Assembly: GCA_963814845.1 (NCBI GenBank)
Contig: CAWFEP010000008.1
Coordinates: 13,597 to 77,596, forward strand
Direction: 5' to 3'
Source: an uncultured Actinomycetota bacterium
GTDB taxonomy: Bacteria; Actinomycetota; Actinomycetes; JAFAQI01
Length of the DNA stretch: 64,000 nt
A program made the translations under genes and the position numbers. Each line of letters starts with the position of its first letter. Position 1 is the first letter of the stretch. The notes under the pieces were generated by a model. That model searched no databases. It was not told where the DNA came from and saw nothing but the letters and a program-made list of their open reading frames with translations. Shown here one piece after another: positions 41,892-51,366 of this stretch.

Positions 41892-43110
41892 AGCCGCTCG
41901 AGGATGTGCGGATCCTCGCGATCGAGCAGTTCGGCGCTGGTCCGTTCGGCAGCGTCCACCTCGCCGACCTCGGCGCCGAGGTCATCAAGATCGAGGATGC
42001 CGCGAACCGGAGGCGACGTCGGTCGGTACATGCCGCCGTTCCAGGACGGGCGAGGACAGCCTGTTCTTCGAGACGTTCAACCGCAACAAGAAGAGTCTGA
42101 GCCTGGACCTTGCGCAGCCGGCCGGCCGACGGGTGTTCGAGGATCTGGTACGCGTCAGCGACGTCGTCTACTCCAACCTCCGTGGGGACGTGCCGGCGAA
42201 GATCGGGATCACGCTACGACGACCTGCGCGAGCTCAACCCGGCGATCGTCTGCTGCTCGCTGAGCGCGTTCGGCATGACCGGCCCGAGCCGCGACGAGCC
42301 GGGTTATGACTACGTGCTTCAGGGCATCGCCGGATGGATGTCGTTGACCGGTGAGCCGGAGGGCCCGCCGAGCAAGTCAGGCTTGTCGATGGTCGACTTC
42401 TCCGGCGGACTGGTCGCCGGGCATGGCCATCCTGGCCGGAGCTGCACGCCGCGCGCCGCGACGGCGTCGGTGCGGACTGTGACGTGTCGTTGTTCGATAC
42501 CGCGCTCTCGATGTTGTCCTACCAGGCGACCTGGCATCTCACCGGAGGGGTTCGTGCCGCAGCGTAAGGGCCGATCCGCGCACCCGTCGCTGGTGCCGTT
42601 CCAGGCGTTCAACGACCGCGGATCGGTGGATCGTGGTCGCCTGTGCGAAGGAGAAGTTCTTCCCGCGACTGGCTCGAGGTGCTCGGCCGGCCCGATCTCG
42701 CCAGCGATCCGAGGTTCGTCGGCTTCGCGGAGCGTAGGGCGAAGCCGCTGAGCTGCAGGCGATTCTCGATGAGATCTTCGCCAGTCGCGGCGCCGAGGAG
42801 TGGCTGACGTTGCTGGCCGCCGCCGGCGTGCCTTGCGGTCCGGTCAACAGCGTGGCCGAGGCGTTGGCCGAACCACAGACGGCGGCGCGCGACATGATCG
42901 TCACGACCGAGCACCCGCACTTCGGACGGTACGCTCAGGTCGCGAGCCCGGTTCGCGTGGGTGACGACGACGCCGGTCGTATGGCCGGGCGTCCGCGACG
43001 ACATGAGAACGCCGACGAGCTGTTCACCGAACTGCTTGGCTACGACGAGACAACCGTCCGTGACCTGGTCTGGCGGGGGAGCCTTCGGACCAGGGGAGGG
43101 GCACGCATGA
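41888..43110 (+). CDS. Family III (CaiB/BaiF) CoA-transferase, multiple frameshifts
   Basis: AGPFG..LADLGAEVIKIE, NRNKKSLSLDL, PGYD..QG, GVPCGPVN; GTGA overlap with mal. Confidence 0.85.
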
Positions 43111-43664
43111 CGCTGCGAGCCGGCTGGCAGGGCCGGTACTTCGAGGACTTCGAGGTCGGTGACGTCTATCGCCACCCACTCGGCCGGACCGTGAGCGCGA
43201 CCGACAACACGTGGTTCACGATGCTGACCCAGAACACTGCGCGGGTGCACTTCGACGCCCACTACGCGAGCCAGACGGAGTTCGGTCAGCCGCTGGTCGA
43301 ACTCCACCCTGACTCTTGCGCTTGTCACCGGCCAGTCGGTGACCGACGTCTCGCAGAACGTCTTCGCCAACCTCGGCTGGGACGAGGTGCGGCTGCCCCA
43401 TCCGCTGTTCGAGGGCGAAACGGTCTACTCGAGCTCCGAGGTGCTGTCGAGGCTCGCCAGTCGCGAAGCCGGCCGCAAACTGGGCTCGTCACGGTTCGCA
43501 CGAAAGGATTCACCCCGGAGGGCAAGGTGGTGATCACCTTCAAGCGCACGGTGATGGTCTACCTGCGCGGCCACGGGCCGACCCAGCCGGAGCCGACCGG
43601 TGAGGCAGCTGGACTGGCAGCTGCCAGGGCCGGCGATGCTGTTCTGCCCGGCCGATCGCCCTGA
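43107..43664 (+). CDS. MaoC-family acyl-CoA hydratase (itaconyl/mesaconyl-CoA hydratase-like), frameshifted
   Basis: GRYFEDFEVGD..H..GRTV..TDNTWFT.LT.N...HFD, ANLGWDEVR; ATGA overlap with the CoA-transferase. Confidence 0.82.
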   Translation: MTLRAGWQGRYFEDFEVGDVYRHPLGRTVSATDNTWFTMLTQNTARVHFDAHYASQTEFGQPLVELHPDSCACHRPVGDRRLAERLRQPRLGRGAAAPSAVRGRNGLLELRGAVEARQSRSRPQTGLVTVRTKGFTPEGKVVITFKRTVMVYLRGHGPTQPEPTGEAAGLAAARAGDAVLPGRSP

Positions 43665-44435
43665 CCGATTCGCGAAGGCGGCGGCGGTCGCTGACGTGCG
43701 TCATCCTCGACCTCGAGGACGGCGTCGCGCCGTCCGCCAAGGAGCTTGCCCGAGCGCGCTGCGAGAGTCCGCGCTCGACCCGGCAGCACCGTCGTACGCA
43801 TCAACGCGCCAGCACGGAGGACCACGTCCGCTCGATCTCGACGCACTCGGCGGCGACACCGTACGACGTGGTGATGTTCGCGAAGACCGAACGTCGCAGC
43901 GCAAGATTCAGGCGTTGTCGTCGTTCCAGGTGATCGCGCTCGTCGAGACGCCGGTTGGCGTGCTGGCGGCGCCCGAGATCACGCCGCAGGTGTCGTTGGA
44001 GTCATGTGGGGCGCTGAAGACTTGGTCGCTGCTCTGGGTGGCCGATCAAGCCGACTGCCCGATGGTCGGTTCCGCGATGTCGCGCAGCACGCCCGGTCTA
44101 TCGGTGTTGCTCGCCGCCGGAGCGAACGGCGTCTGGGCGATCGATTCGGTGTTCATCGACATCAGCGACCTCGCCGGCGTTGCCGAGCAGGCTGACGACG
44201 CCGCGGCGTCAGGGTTCGACGCAGTGGCCTGCATTCACCCTTCGCAGGTCGACGTGGTCCGGGATGCCTTTCGCCCCACTGCCGACGAGGTCGACTGGGC
44301 GAGCCGGGTGGTCGCAGCGGCAGTAGGTGCGCGCCGGGGTCTTCACGGTGCGACGGACACATGGTCGATGTCCCGGTGATACGCCATGCGCAGAACATCC
44401 TCGACCGATCCGCGCGAGCACAGCACCAAGCGTGA
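43600..44435 (+). CDS. citE: HpcH/HpaI/CitE family acyl-CoA lyase (citramalyl-CoA lyase-like), frameshifted
   Basis: GPAMLFCPADRPDRFAKA, ILDLEDGV, LVET..G, MWGAEDL, ACIHPSQV, MVDVPVIRHA. Confidence 0.82.
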
Positions 44436-44457
44436 ATCGAACGGTGAATCGTTGCGA

Positions 44458-45633
44458 TCAGTAGACCATCGCGGTCGGCACCGGCGCCGCGTCGCCGTCG
44501 AAGCGCGCCAGCTGAAGGCTCCGGACATCCAGGCTGGTGATGGCGCCGTCGACGACCTGCTCAGCGACGAGGCGCCCGAGCTCAGGCGCTTGCATGACGC
44601 CGTGACCAGACAGCCCGCACACGTTGATCCACGTCGGCGCACCCGGATATGGCCCGACGATTGCGCGCAGGTCAGGGGAGTTGTCGTACGTGCCGGCCCA
44701 GGCGCCGGTGCGGTCGAGCGGCAGGTCGCACAGCCAGGGGAACCGTTCGGCCGCGATTCCCAGCACAGACTCCATCCACGGCCAGTCCAGGGCGATGTTG
44801 TAGCCGTCCACCTCGTCCGGCCGGCTTGCTCCGAACAGCAACCGCGGACCGTCGCTGCGCAGATACACCCCGGTGGCAAGGTCGATCGTCATCGGGAGGG
44901 ACCTGGCGATGGCGCCGGGCGCGGTCGAATAGATGTTGCGTCGCGAGTGCACCACCGGCACGACCAAGCCCGCCAGCGCTGCCAGCTCACCCGACCAGCC
45001 ACCCGCGGCGTTGACCACGTGCTGGCTGCGGATGGTCGTGTCGCCGGCGGTCAGGACCCATTCCGCCGTGGCGTGGTTGGTCTCGATCGCTGTCACGCGG
45101 TGCCGGTAGGAGACCCGCGCGCCGAGCTCGCGCGCCATAGACAGGAACGCGGCAGTCGCGAGGTGCGGGTCGACCATGCCATCGGCCGACCCCCACGTCG
45201 CGCCGGCGATGCCATCTCCGGCAAACGGGGTGATGCGTTGCGCCGCTTCGACGCTCAGGACGTCGACCGGCACCCCGTGCGCTCGCTGCAGTTCGACAGC
45301 GGCAAGATGCTCGGCCCAGCTGGTGGCTGGCACCAGCAGGAGATAACCGGTTGGTCGATACCCCACGTCATGCCCATGGTCGGCCGCGAAGTCGCGGTAG
45401 CGACAGATGCTGCGCCACGAGATTTCGATGTTCAGCGAATCGGCCCATTGGCCGCGTACGGAGGCGAACGAGCGTCCGGAGTTTCCCTCCGCAGGGCCGT
45501 TGAAGGCTTCGAGCACCGTGACGTTGAGCCCGCGGCGCGCCAGCTCGTAGGCGCAGGCGGCCCCAATGATGCCGGCGCCGACGACCGTCACGTCACTGCA
45601 GAGCGCCCGGTCCTGCGCAATCTCGGAGCCCAC
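44458..45633 (-). CDS. FAD-dependent oxidoreductase, DAO/sarcosine oxidase beta family
   Basis: VVGAGIIG, VVNAAGGWS, WAGTYD..PD, GLSGHGVMQAP. Confidence 0.88.
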   Translation of the reverse strand: MGSEIAQDRALCSDVTVVGAGIIGAACAYELARRGLNVTVLEAFNGPAEGNSGRSFASVRGQWADSLNIEISWRSICRYRDFAADHGHDVGYRPTGYLLLVPATSWAEHLAAVELQRAHGVPVDVLSVEAAQRITPFAGDGIAGATWGSADGMVDPHLATAAFLSMARELGARVSYRHRVTAIETNHATAEWVLTAGDTTIRSQHVVNAAGGWSGELAALAGLVVPVVHSRRNIYSTAPGAIARSLPMTIDLATGVYLRSDGPRLLFGASRPDEVDGYNIALDWPWMESVLGIAAERFPWLCDLPLDRTGAWAGTYDNSPDLRAIVGPYPGAPTWINVCGLSGHGVMQAPELGRLVAEQVVDGAITSLDVRSLQLARFDGDAAPVPTAMVY

Positions 45634-45695
45634 CGTGACAGCCTAGGACGGTCACCAATGACTGCGACCCATCTCAACTCCGGGGAGACCACAAG

Positions 45696-47324
45696 ATGAG
45701 CGTTCCTGCCGCCCGGACCGGGCTCTTCCCGATCGGACCGACCACCCCGCGCGGGTACGCGCTGGACTCACCTGAGCGGGCCACAACGGCCAAGGCGCTC
45801 GATGAGGTACGCGGTGCCAGCTATGACATTCCGCATCTGATCGGTGGACGGGAGGACTTCACTGGTCGCGCGCGAGCGGTCGTCACGCCCCATGAGCACG
45901 CCACTGCACTCGGCCAGTTTCACAGCGGCGGCCGGGCCGAAGCTGAAGCGGCCATCGAGGCAGCTGCCGATGCGGCGACGTGGTGGAGCGAGCTGCCGTG
46001 GGAGCAACGTGCGGCACCGTTCCTGCGTGCCGCTGACCTGCTCCAATCCGGGCAGTGGCGAGACCGACTGAACGCCGCCACGATGTTGGAGCTGTCCAAG
46101 ACGACCTATCAGGCCGACATCGACGCCGCCTGCGAAACCATCGATTTCATCCGGTTCAACGTCAAAAACATGTTGGCGATGTATGACGTGCAGCCCGGAT
46201 CCCTGCCGGGGATGTGGAACCAGGCGGAATATCGACCGCTTGAGGGTTTCGTCTTCGCGGTCACCCCGTTCAACTTCACCTGCATGAACAATCTTGCGTT
46301 CGGTCCGGCGTTGCTCGGCAACACCGTGGTGTGGAAGCCCGCCGAGAGCGCCTCGCTTGTGGCTCACCTGTCGATGCAGTTGCTGCGCGAGGCAGGGCTG
46401 CCGGATGGCGTGGTCAACGTGGTCTACGGCGACGGTGCGGAGATCGGCGCCGAGGTCCTCAAGCACCGCGACCTTGCCGCCGTGCACTTCACCGGCTCAA
46501 CCGCGACGTTCCAGCACATCTGGCGCACCGTCGGCAACAACGTCGCCAACTACCGCAACTATCCGCGCGTGGTGGGGGAGACCGGCGGCAAGGATTTCAT
46601 CGTGGCCCACCCAAGCGCCGACGTGGACGCGCTCGCGGTCGCGTGCATCCGGGGGGCATACGAATACCAAGGTCAGAAGTGCTCAGCGCCCTCCAGGCTC
46701 TACGCGCCTCGCAGCATGTGGCCGTCACTCAAGGAGCGACTCGTCACGTTGACTGAGTCAGTGGTGGTCGGCGATCCGACCGAGGCCAGCACCTACGTCG
46801 GCGCGGTCATCAATGCCCGCCAGCACGCGAAGCACGCAGCCGCACTTGCCCGGGCCCGCGCCGAGGGTCTCGTCGTTGTCGGTGGCAACACCGACGACTC
46901 GGTTGGCTGGTTCGTCGACCCGACCATCCTGGAGGTGACCGATCCGCTGTCTTCGTTCATGACCGACGAGTTGTTCGCACCGGTGCTGACCACCTACGTC
47001 TACGACGACGCAGACTGGGCGGCCACACTGCGGCTCGTCGATTCATCGACCGCTTATGGCCTGACGGGTGCAGTCTTCGTCAACGACCGAGTTGCCGAGC
47101 AGCAGGCCGATGAGATCTTGCGCTATGCCGCCGGGAATTACTACATCAACGACAAGCCCACCGGATCGGTTGTGGGACAGCAACCGTTCGGCGGCGCGCG
47201 AGCCTCGGGCACCAACGACAAGGCCGGAACAGTATGGAACCTGATCCGCTTCGCCAGCCCCAGGTCGATCAAGCGCAACCATCTGTCCGTCACCGACTAC
47301 CGCTACCCCCACCTCGACAGCTAG
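45696..47324 (+). CDS. pruA: L-glutamate gamma-semialdehyde (P5C) dehydrogenase-like ALDH
   Basis: DAACETIDF, YRPLEGFV, YPRVVGETGGKDF, EYQGQKCSA, INDKPTG.VVGQQPFGG.R.SGTNDKAG. Confidence 0.85.
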   Translation: MSVPAARTGLFPIGPTTPRGYALDSPERATTAKALDEVRGASYDIPHLIGGREDFTGRARAVVTPHEHATALGQFHSGGRAEAEAAIEAAADAATWWSELPWEQRAAPFLRAADLLQSGQWRDRLNAATMLELSKTTYQADIDAACETIDFIRFNVKNMLAMYDVQPGSLPGMWNQAEYRPLEGFVFAVTPFNFTCMNNLAFGPALLGNTVVWKPAESASLVAHLSMQLLREAGLPDGVVNVVYGDGAEIGAEVLKHRDLAAVHFTGSTATFQHIWRTVGNNVANYRNYPRVVGETGGKDFIVAHPSADVDALAVACIRGAYEYQGQKCSAPSRLYAPRSMWPSLKERLVTLTESVVVGDPTEASTYVGAVINARQHAKHAAALARARAEGLVVVGGNTDDSVGWFVDPTILEVTDPLSSFMTDELFAPVLTTYVYDDADWAATLRLVDSSTAYGLTGAVFVNDRVAEQQADEILRYAAGNYYINDKPTGSVVGQQPFGGARASGTNDKAGTVWNLIRFASPRSIKRNHLSVTDYRYPHLDS

Positions 47325-47344
47325 CACTGAAAGGAGCGGGACGC

Positions 47345-47794
47345 ATGGTGAACAAATCACTTCAGACGCTTCATCATCTCTGCATCGTGGTTCACGACAT
47401 CGACGCCTCGGTCGCTTTCTACACCTCGATCGGGATCGGCCCATGGCAGGACTATCCACCGCTTGATCAATACACCGTCCTGTCGGTGCCGGACCCGGAT
47501 GCCTTCATGGCGTTGAAATACAAGTTCGTCAATCTTGGCAACGTGCAGCTTCAGCTGTGCGAGCCGCCCCAGCGTGATTGCGCGCAGCGTCGTTTTCTCG
47601 ACGCCAAGGGCGAAGGAGTGTTCCATCTCGGGTTCGAGGCGGATCTCGATACCGCGGTGGCTGACGCAACCGCAGTCGGCCTCGACGTCATGATGCGAGG
47701 CGAGCGAGAGAACGGATCTGGCTTCGTCTACTACGACACGCTCGACGCAGCCGGGGTCGTGATCGTGAACCGCAAGACCGTCACGCCGGCATGA
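47345..47794 (+). CDS. VOC family protein (methylmalonyl-CoA epimerase-like)
   Basis: LHHLCIVVHDID, QLCEP, FLDAKGEGVFHLGF. Confidence 0.8.
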   Translation: MVNKSLQTLHHLCIVVHDIDASVAFYTSIGIGPWQDYPPLDQYTVLSVPDPDAFMALKYKFVNLGNVQLQLCEPPQRDCAQRRFLDAKGEGVFHLGFEADLDTAVADATAVGLDVMMRGERENGSGFVYYDTLDAAGVVIVNRKTVTPA

Positions 47795-47817
47795 GCCGGC
47801 GATAGGGAGATCACCAG

Positions 47818-48258
47818 ATGTCGACAGCAGCCAGCTTGCCCCCGTTCCATCTCGCGATACCGGTCGTGGACATCGACGCCGCCAGACACTTCTACGGTGA
47901 CGTGATGGGGCTCGCGCAGGGGAGATCCGACCTCCGATGGACAGACTGGAACCTGTTCGGTCATCAGCTGGTGACTCACGAGGTGTCTGACTCGGTCGGC
48001 TTCGAGCCTGTTGCGGGCATGAGTGCCGTCGATGGTCATGAGGTGCCCGTGCCGCATTTCGGGGTGGTTCTGACCGTTGATCAGTTTCAGGAGTTGGCCG
48101 CGCGACTTGACGCCATGCACGTGAACTTCGTGATCCGGCCATACCTGCGTTTTGCGGGCGATCCAGGCGAGCAGTGGACGATGTTCTTCCTGGATCCGTC
48201 CGGCAACGCCCTGGAGTTCAAGGCGTTCGCGGACATCGAGCAGCTCTTCGCGACGTAG
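47818..48258 (+). CDS. VOC/glyoxalase family protein
   Basis: PFHLAIPV, GHQLVTH, VPVPHFG, DPSGNALEFKAF. Confidence 0.88.
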   Translation: MSTAASLPPFHLAIPVVDIDAARHFYGDVMGLAQGRSDLRWTDWNLFGHQLVTHEVSDSVGFEPVAGMSAVDGHEVPVPHFGVVLTVDQFQELAARLDAMHVNFVIRPYLRFAGDPGEQWTMFFLDPSGNALEFKAFADIEQLFAT

Positions 48259-48496
48259 CGACCTGCGCTGAGATGTCTTATATTCAAGCGACTCGCGACC
48301 GGTGACAGTGGTGTATCCGGGTGTGTGGTGGGCAAATGAGAGGAATGACTCCGTCGTATGTGGAAAGTGAGTTGAACACCCAAGCGATGCCTGGACAGAA
48401 CGGGTTGACCTACGGCGTGCGCGACGAACGCGAAGCGCAAAACCGTGCCATTCGCCGCGTCGAGGCACGACGCGCGGCCAACAACCACCGCTCGCA

Positions 48497-50074
48497 GTGA
48501 CAACGGCAGAACCCGCGGCGTTGAGCGCCGCAGGCGGCGCGGAGCCTCCTGGCAACGCCCCACAAGCAGCTCACAGCAAGTGGCTGACTCTGGTCGCTGT
48601 GTGCCTCGGCACGTTCATGCTGTTGCTGGACATCACGATCGTCAATGTCGCGCTCCCCGACATCCAGATGTCGTTGTCAGCGTCGTTCTCCGACTTGCAG
48701 TGGGTGGTCGACGCATACGCTTTGACGCTGGCCGCGATGCTGCTCACCACTGGGTCGCTGGCAGACATGTACGGCCGTCGGCGCCTGTACGCGATGGGGT
48801 TGGTCGTCTTCACCGTCGCCTCGCTGCTCTGCGGCGTCGCGACGGACATCCGGTTTCTCGAGATTGCTCGCGCGGTGCAAGGGATCGGCGGTGCGACGAT
48901 GTTTGCCGTCTCGCTGGCATTGCTCGCCAACGCGTTCCGTGGCAGGGAGCGCGGCGTCGCGTTCGGCATCTGGGGAGCGATCACCGGTCTGGCGGTCGCG
49001 ATCGGGCCGCTGCTGGGCGGTGCCTTGACCTCGGGGCTGTCGTGGCGATGGATATTTCTCGTCAATCTTCCACTTGGAGTGGTGGCGCTGGTCATCACCC
49101 TGCGCAAGATCGATGAGTCCAAGGCCGAACAGGCGCGGCGCCCTGACTGGCTCGGCTTCCTCACGTTCACGGCAGCGCTTGCCAGCCTGGTCTACGCGCT
49201 GATCGAGTCCAACGAGAGGTCGTTCTCGAGCGGCCGCGTGATCGGTTGCTTCGTCGCCGCGGCGGTTCTTATCGTCCTGTTCTTGGTTGCGGAGGTGAAG
49301 GGACGTCAGCCGATGTTCGATCTGGAGCTGTTCAGGCTCCCGACGTTCACGGGCGGACTGATCGTGGCCTTCGGGCTCAGCGCGTCGATCTTCTCGTTGC
49401 TCCTCTACCTGGTGCTGTATGTCCAAGACATCCTTGGCTACAGCCCGTTCGGCACTGGTCTGCGACTGCTCGTTCTTTCCGGCGGGATTCTCCTGACCTC
49501 AACGATCGCTGGTCGGCTCACCTCGCGCGTACCGGTCCGGTTACTCGTCGGGCCCGGACTGATCATCGTGAGCATCGGCATCATGCTGATGCGCGGGCTG
49601 TCCGTGTCCAGCCACTGGACGCATCTCATCCCGGGCTTCATCGTGGCCGGAGCGGGGGTCGGGCTTGTGAACCCGCCACTGGCGTCGACCGCCGTCGGCG
49701 TTGTCCAGCCGCAACGCGCGGGCATGGCCTCGGGCATCAACTCCACCTTCCGGCAGGTCGGCATTGCGACCGGCATCGCATTGCTGGGAACGCTGTTCGC
49801 CACGCAGACACACCACGTCGTGACGTCACGGCTCAGCGCCAACCCTGCCACTCAAGGACACAGTGCCGCAATCGCGACCGCGCTGCAGTCCGGCGAGCTC
49901 AGCCAGGCGTTGCAGTCACTGCCGGCGCACACAAGGCCGCTCGTCGAGGCCACCGCTCGCGCCGCCTTCGCGTCCGGACTCGATCGGATCTTCCTGGTCG
50001 CCGCAATCATCGCGTTCGTCGCGGGTGTGCTCGCGCTGATCCTCATCCGCGGCAAGGACTTCGCCAACACCTAA
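48497..50074 (+). CDS. DHA2 family MFS efflux transporter
   Basis: MLLLDITIVNVALP, WRWIFLVNLP, ASGINSTFRQVG. Confidence 0.9.
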   Translation: MTTAEPAALSAAGGAEPPGNAPQAAHSKWLTLVAVCLGTFMLLLDITIVNVALPDIQMSLSASFSDLQWVVDAYALTLAAMLLTTGSLADMYGRRRLYAMGLVVFTVASLLCGVATDIRFLEIARAVQGIGGATMFAVSLALLANAFRGRERGVAFGIWGAITGLAVAIGPLLGGALTSGLSWRWIFLVNLPLGVVALVITLRKIDESKAEQARRPDWLGFLTFTAALASLVYALIESNERSFSSGRVIGCFVAAAVLIVLFLVAEVKGRQPMFDLELFRLPTFTGGLIVAFGLSASIFSLLLYLVLYVQDILGYSPFGTGLRLLVLSGGILLTSTIAGRLTSRVPVRLLVGPGLIIVSIGIMLMRGLSVSSHWTHLIPGFIVAGAGVGLVNPPLASTAVGVVQPQRAGMASGINSTFRQVGIATGIALLGTLFATQTHHVVTSRLSANPATQGHSAAIATALQSGELSQALQSLPAHTRPLVEATARAAFASGLDRIFLVAAIIAFVAGVLALILIRGKDFANT

Positions 50075-50214
50075 CGCGCGAGTTGACGGCCGATGGGCGG
50101 CCGCTGAGCTCACGACGCTGCGTAACCATCGAACGTGATGCGCCTGGCGCACGGTCCTGCCGGCGTCACTAGCCTCGGCTTTCCCGAGTCTGACAGCCAT
50201 CTGGGAGGCGACGC

Positions 50215-50400
50215 ATGAGCGACACGGATCCGCAGACCGCAGCCGCCAAGGTGCTGTGGCATTTCGCGATGTCGCTGGACGGCTTTGCGGCCGGACCGAA
50301 CCATGAGATGGACTGGATGAGTGGGGTCTCATTCCCGGGGCCTGGTTGAGGAGTAGGTCACGACGACGGGCGCCGTCCTCGGCGAGGGCATCCGGCTATA
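50215..50400 (+). pseudogene. DHFR/RibD_C family N-terminal remnant
   Basis: GGAGG RBS; MSDTDPQTAAAKVLWHFAMSLDGFAAGPNHEMDW, then frameshift, stop and truncation. Confidence 0.65.
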
Positions 50401-50508
50401 CGACAACCCCGGCGCTGATCCGATCCGCCTCGACCGGGTCGACGCCGGTGACCCGATCGCGGCCGTCAACGTGCGATGCCGACCCAGGTCGCCTGCCGCC
50501 ACCGACTC

Positions 50509-51366
50509 CTAGCGTCTGGCGGGATCCGCGACGCGCAGCAATGCCCGTAGCCCGGCGTCGAGGATGAGCTCGGCAGCCGCGATCGTGATGATGCCGGAGA
50601 ACACGATTGCGGTGTCGAGGTAGTTGCCGGCTTGCATGATGAGGAAGCCGACACCGCTTGTCGCTGCGAGCATCTCTGCTGCCACGATCGACGTCCACGC
50701 CCCGCCCAGGGCGATCCTCATCCCGGTGATGATGCCGGGCAGCGCCGCTCTGATTTGCACCTGCCACAGTGCATATGCCGGTGAGGCGCCAAGGGTCAGC
50801 GCGCACAAGTTGAGGTCCTCGGTGACCTCGTCCAGGGCGCTGAGGGTTGCGATGATCATGATCGGTACGACCCCGAGCACAATGAGCGCCTCTTTGGGCA
50901 GTTCACCTATCCCGAACCACACGATGAGCAGCGGAATGAACGCCAGCGGTGGCAGCGGCCGGATGATCTCGATGACCGGATCGGTCAGCTGGCGGATGGT
51001 GCGGTTGGAAAACATCAGCGCGCCAATGAGCACGCCTGCGGTGACACCGATGACGAACCCGACGAGGATCCGGCGGAGGCTGATCAGCAAGTCCTGCCAA
51101 AGCGGCGGGCTGAGGCTCGGATAGCGGTGGTTGAAATAATGCGCGAACGTGTGCGCGGTCTGGGTCACGGTCGGGAAGATGACCGAGTCGTTGAGGATGA
51201 GGGCAGCGATCTCCCACAAAACAACGAATCCGGCGACGCCTGACGTACCGATAAGCACGCGGCGAAGCTGTGCCCGTCTTCTGAGCTGGCGAGCGAAGGC
51301 GAGGTCAGTGGCGTCGTCCAGCCACACCGTCGTCGGCGCCTCAGATGTTGAGGAGACCACGGACAT
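50509..51366 (-). CDS. ABC transporter permease (TauC/SsuC family)
   Basis: RPLPPLAFIPLLIVWFGIGE, WTSIVAAEM. Confidence 0.9.
   Translation of the reverse strand: MSVVSSTSEAPTTVWLDDATDLAFARQLRRRAQLRRVLIGTSGVAGFVVLWEIAALILNDSVIFPTVTQTAHTFAHYFNHRYPSLSPPLWQDLLISLRRILVGFVIGVTAGVLIGALMFSNRTIRQLTDPVIEIIRPLPPLAFIPLLIVWFGIGELPKEALIVLGVVPIMIIATLSALDEVTEDLNLCALTLGASPAYALWQVQIRAALPGIITGMRIALGGAWTSIVAAEMLAATSGVGFLIMQAGNYLDTAIVFSGIITIAAAELILDAGLRALLRVADPARR

Noticed and set aside
24677-44435. Secondary-metabolite BGC using methylaspartate, or a haloarchaeal-type methylaspartate cycle
   Set aside because: No NRPS/PKS, carrier protein, glutamate mutase or malate synthase; the importer and hydrolases point to catabolism.
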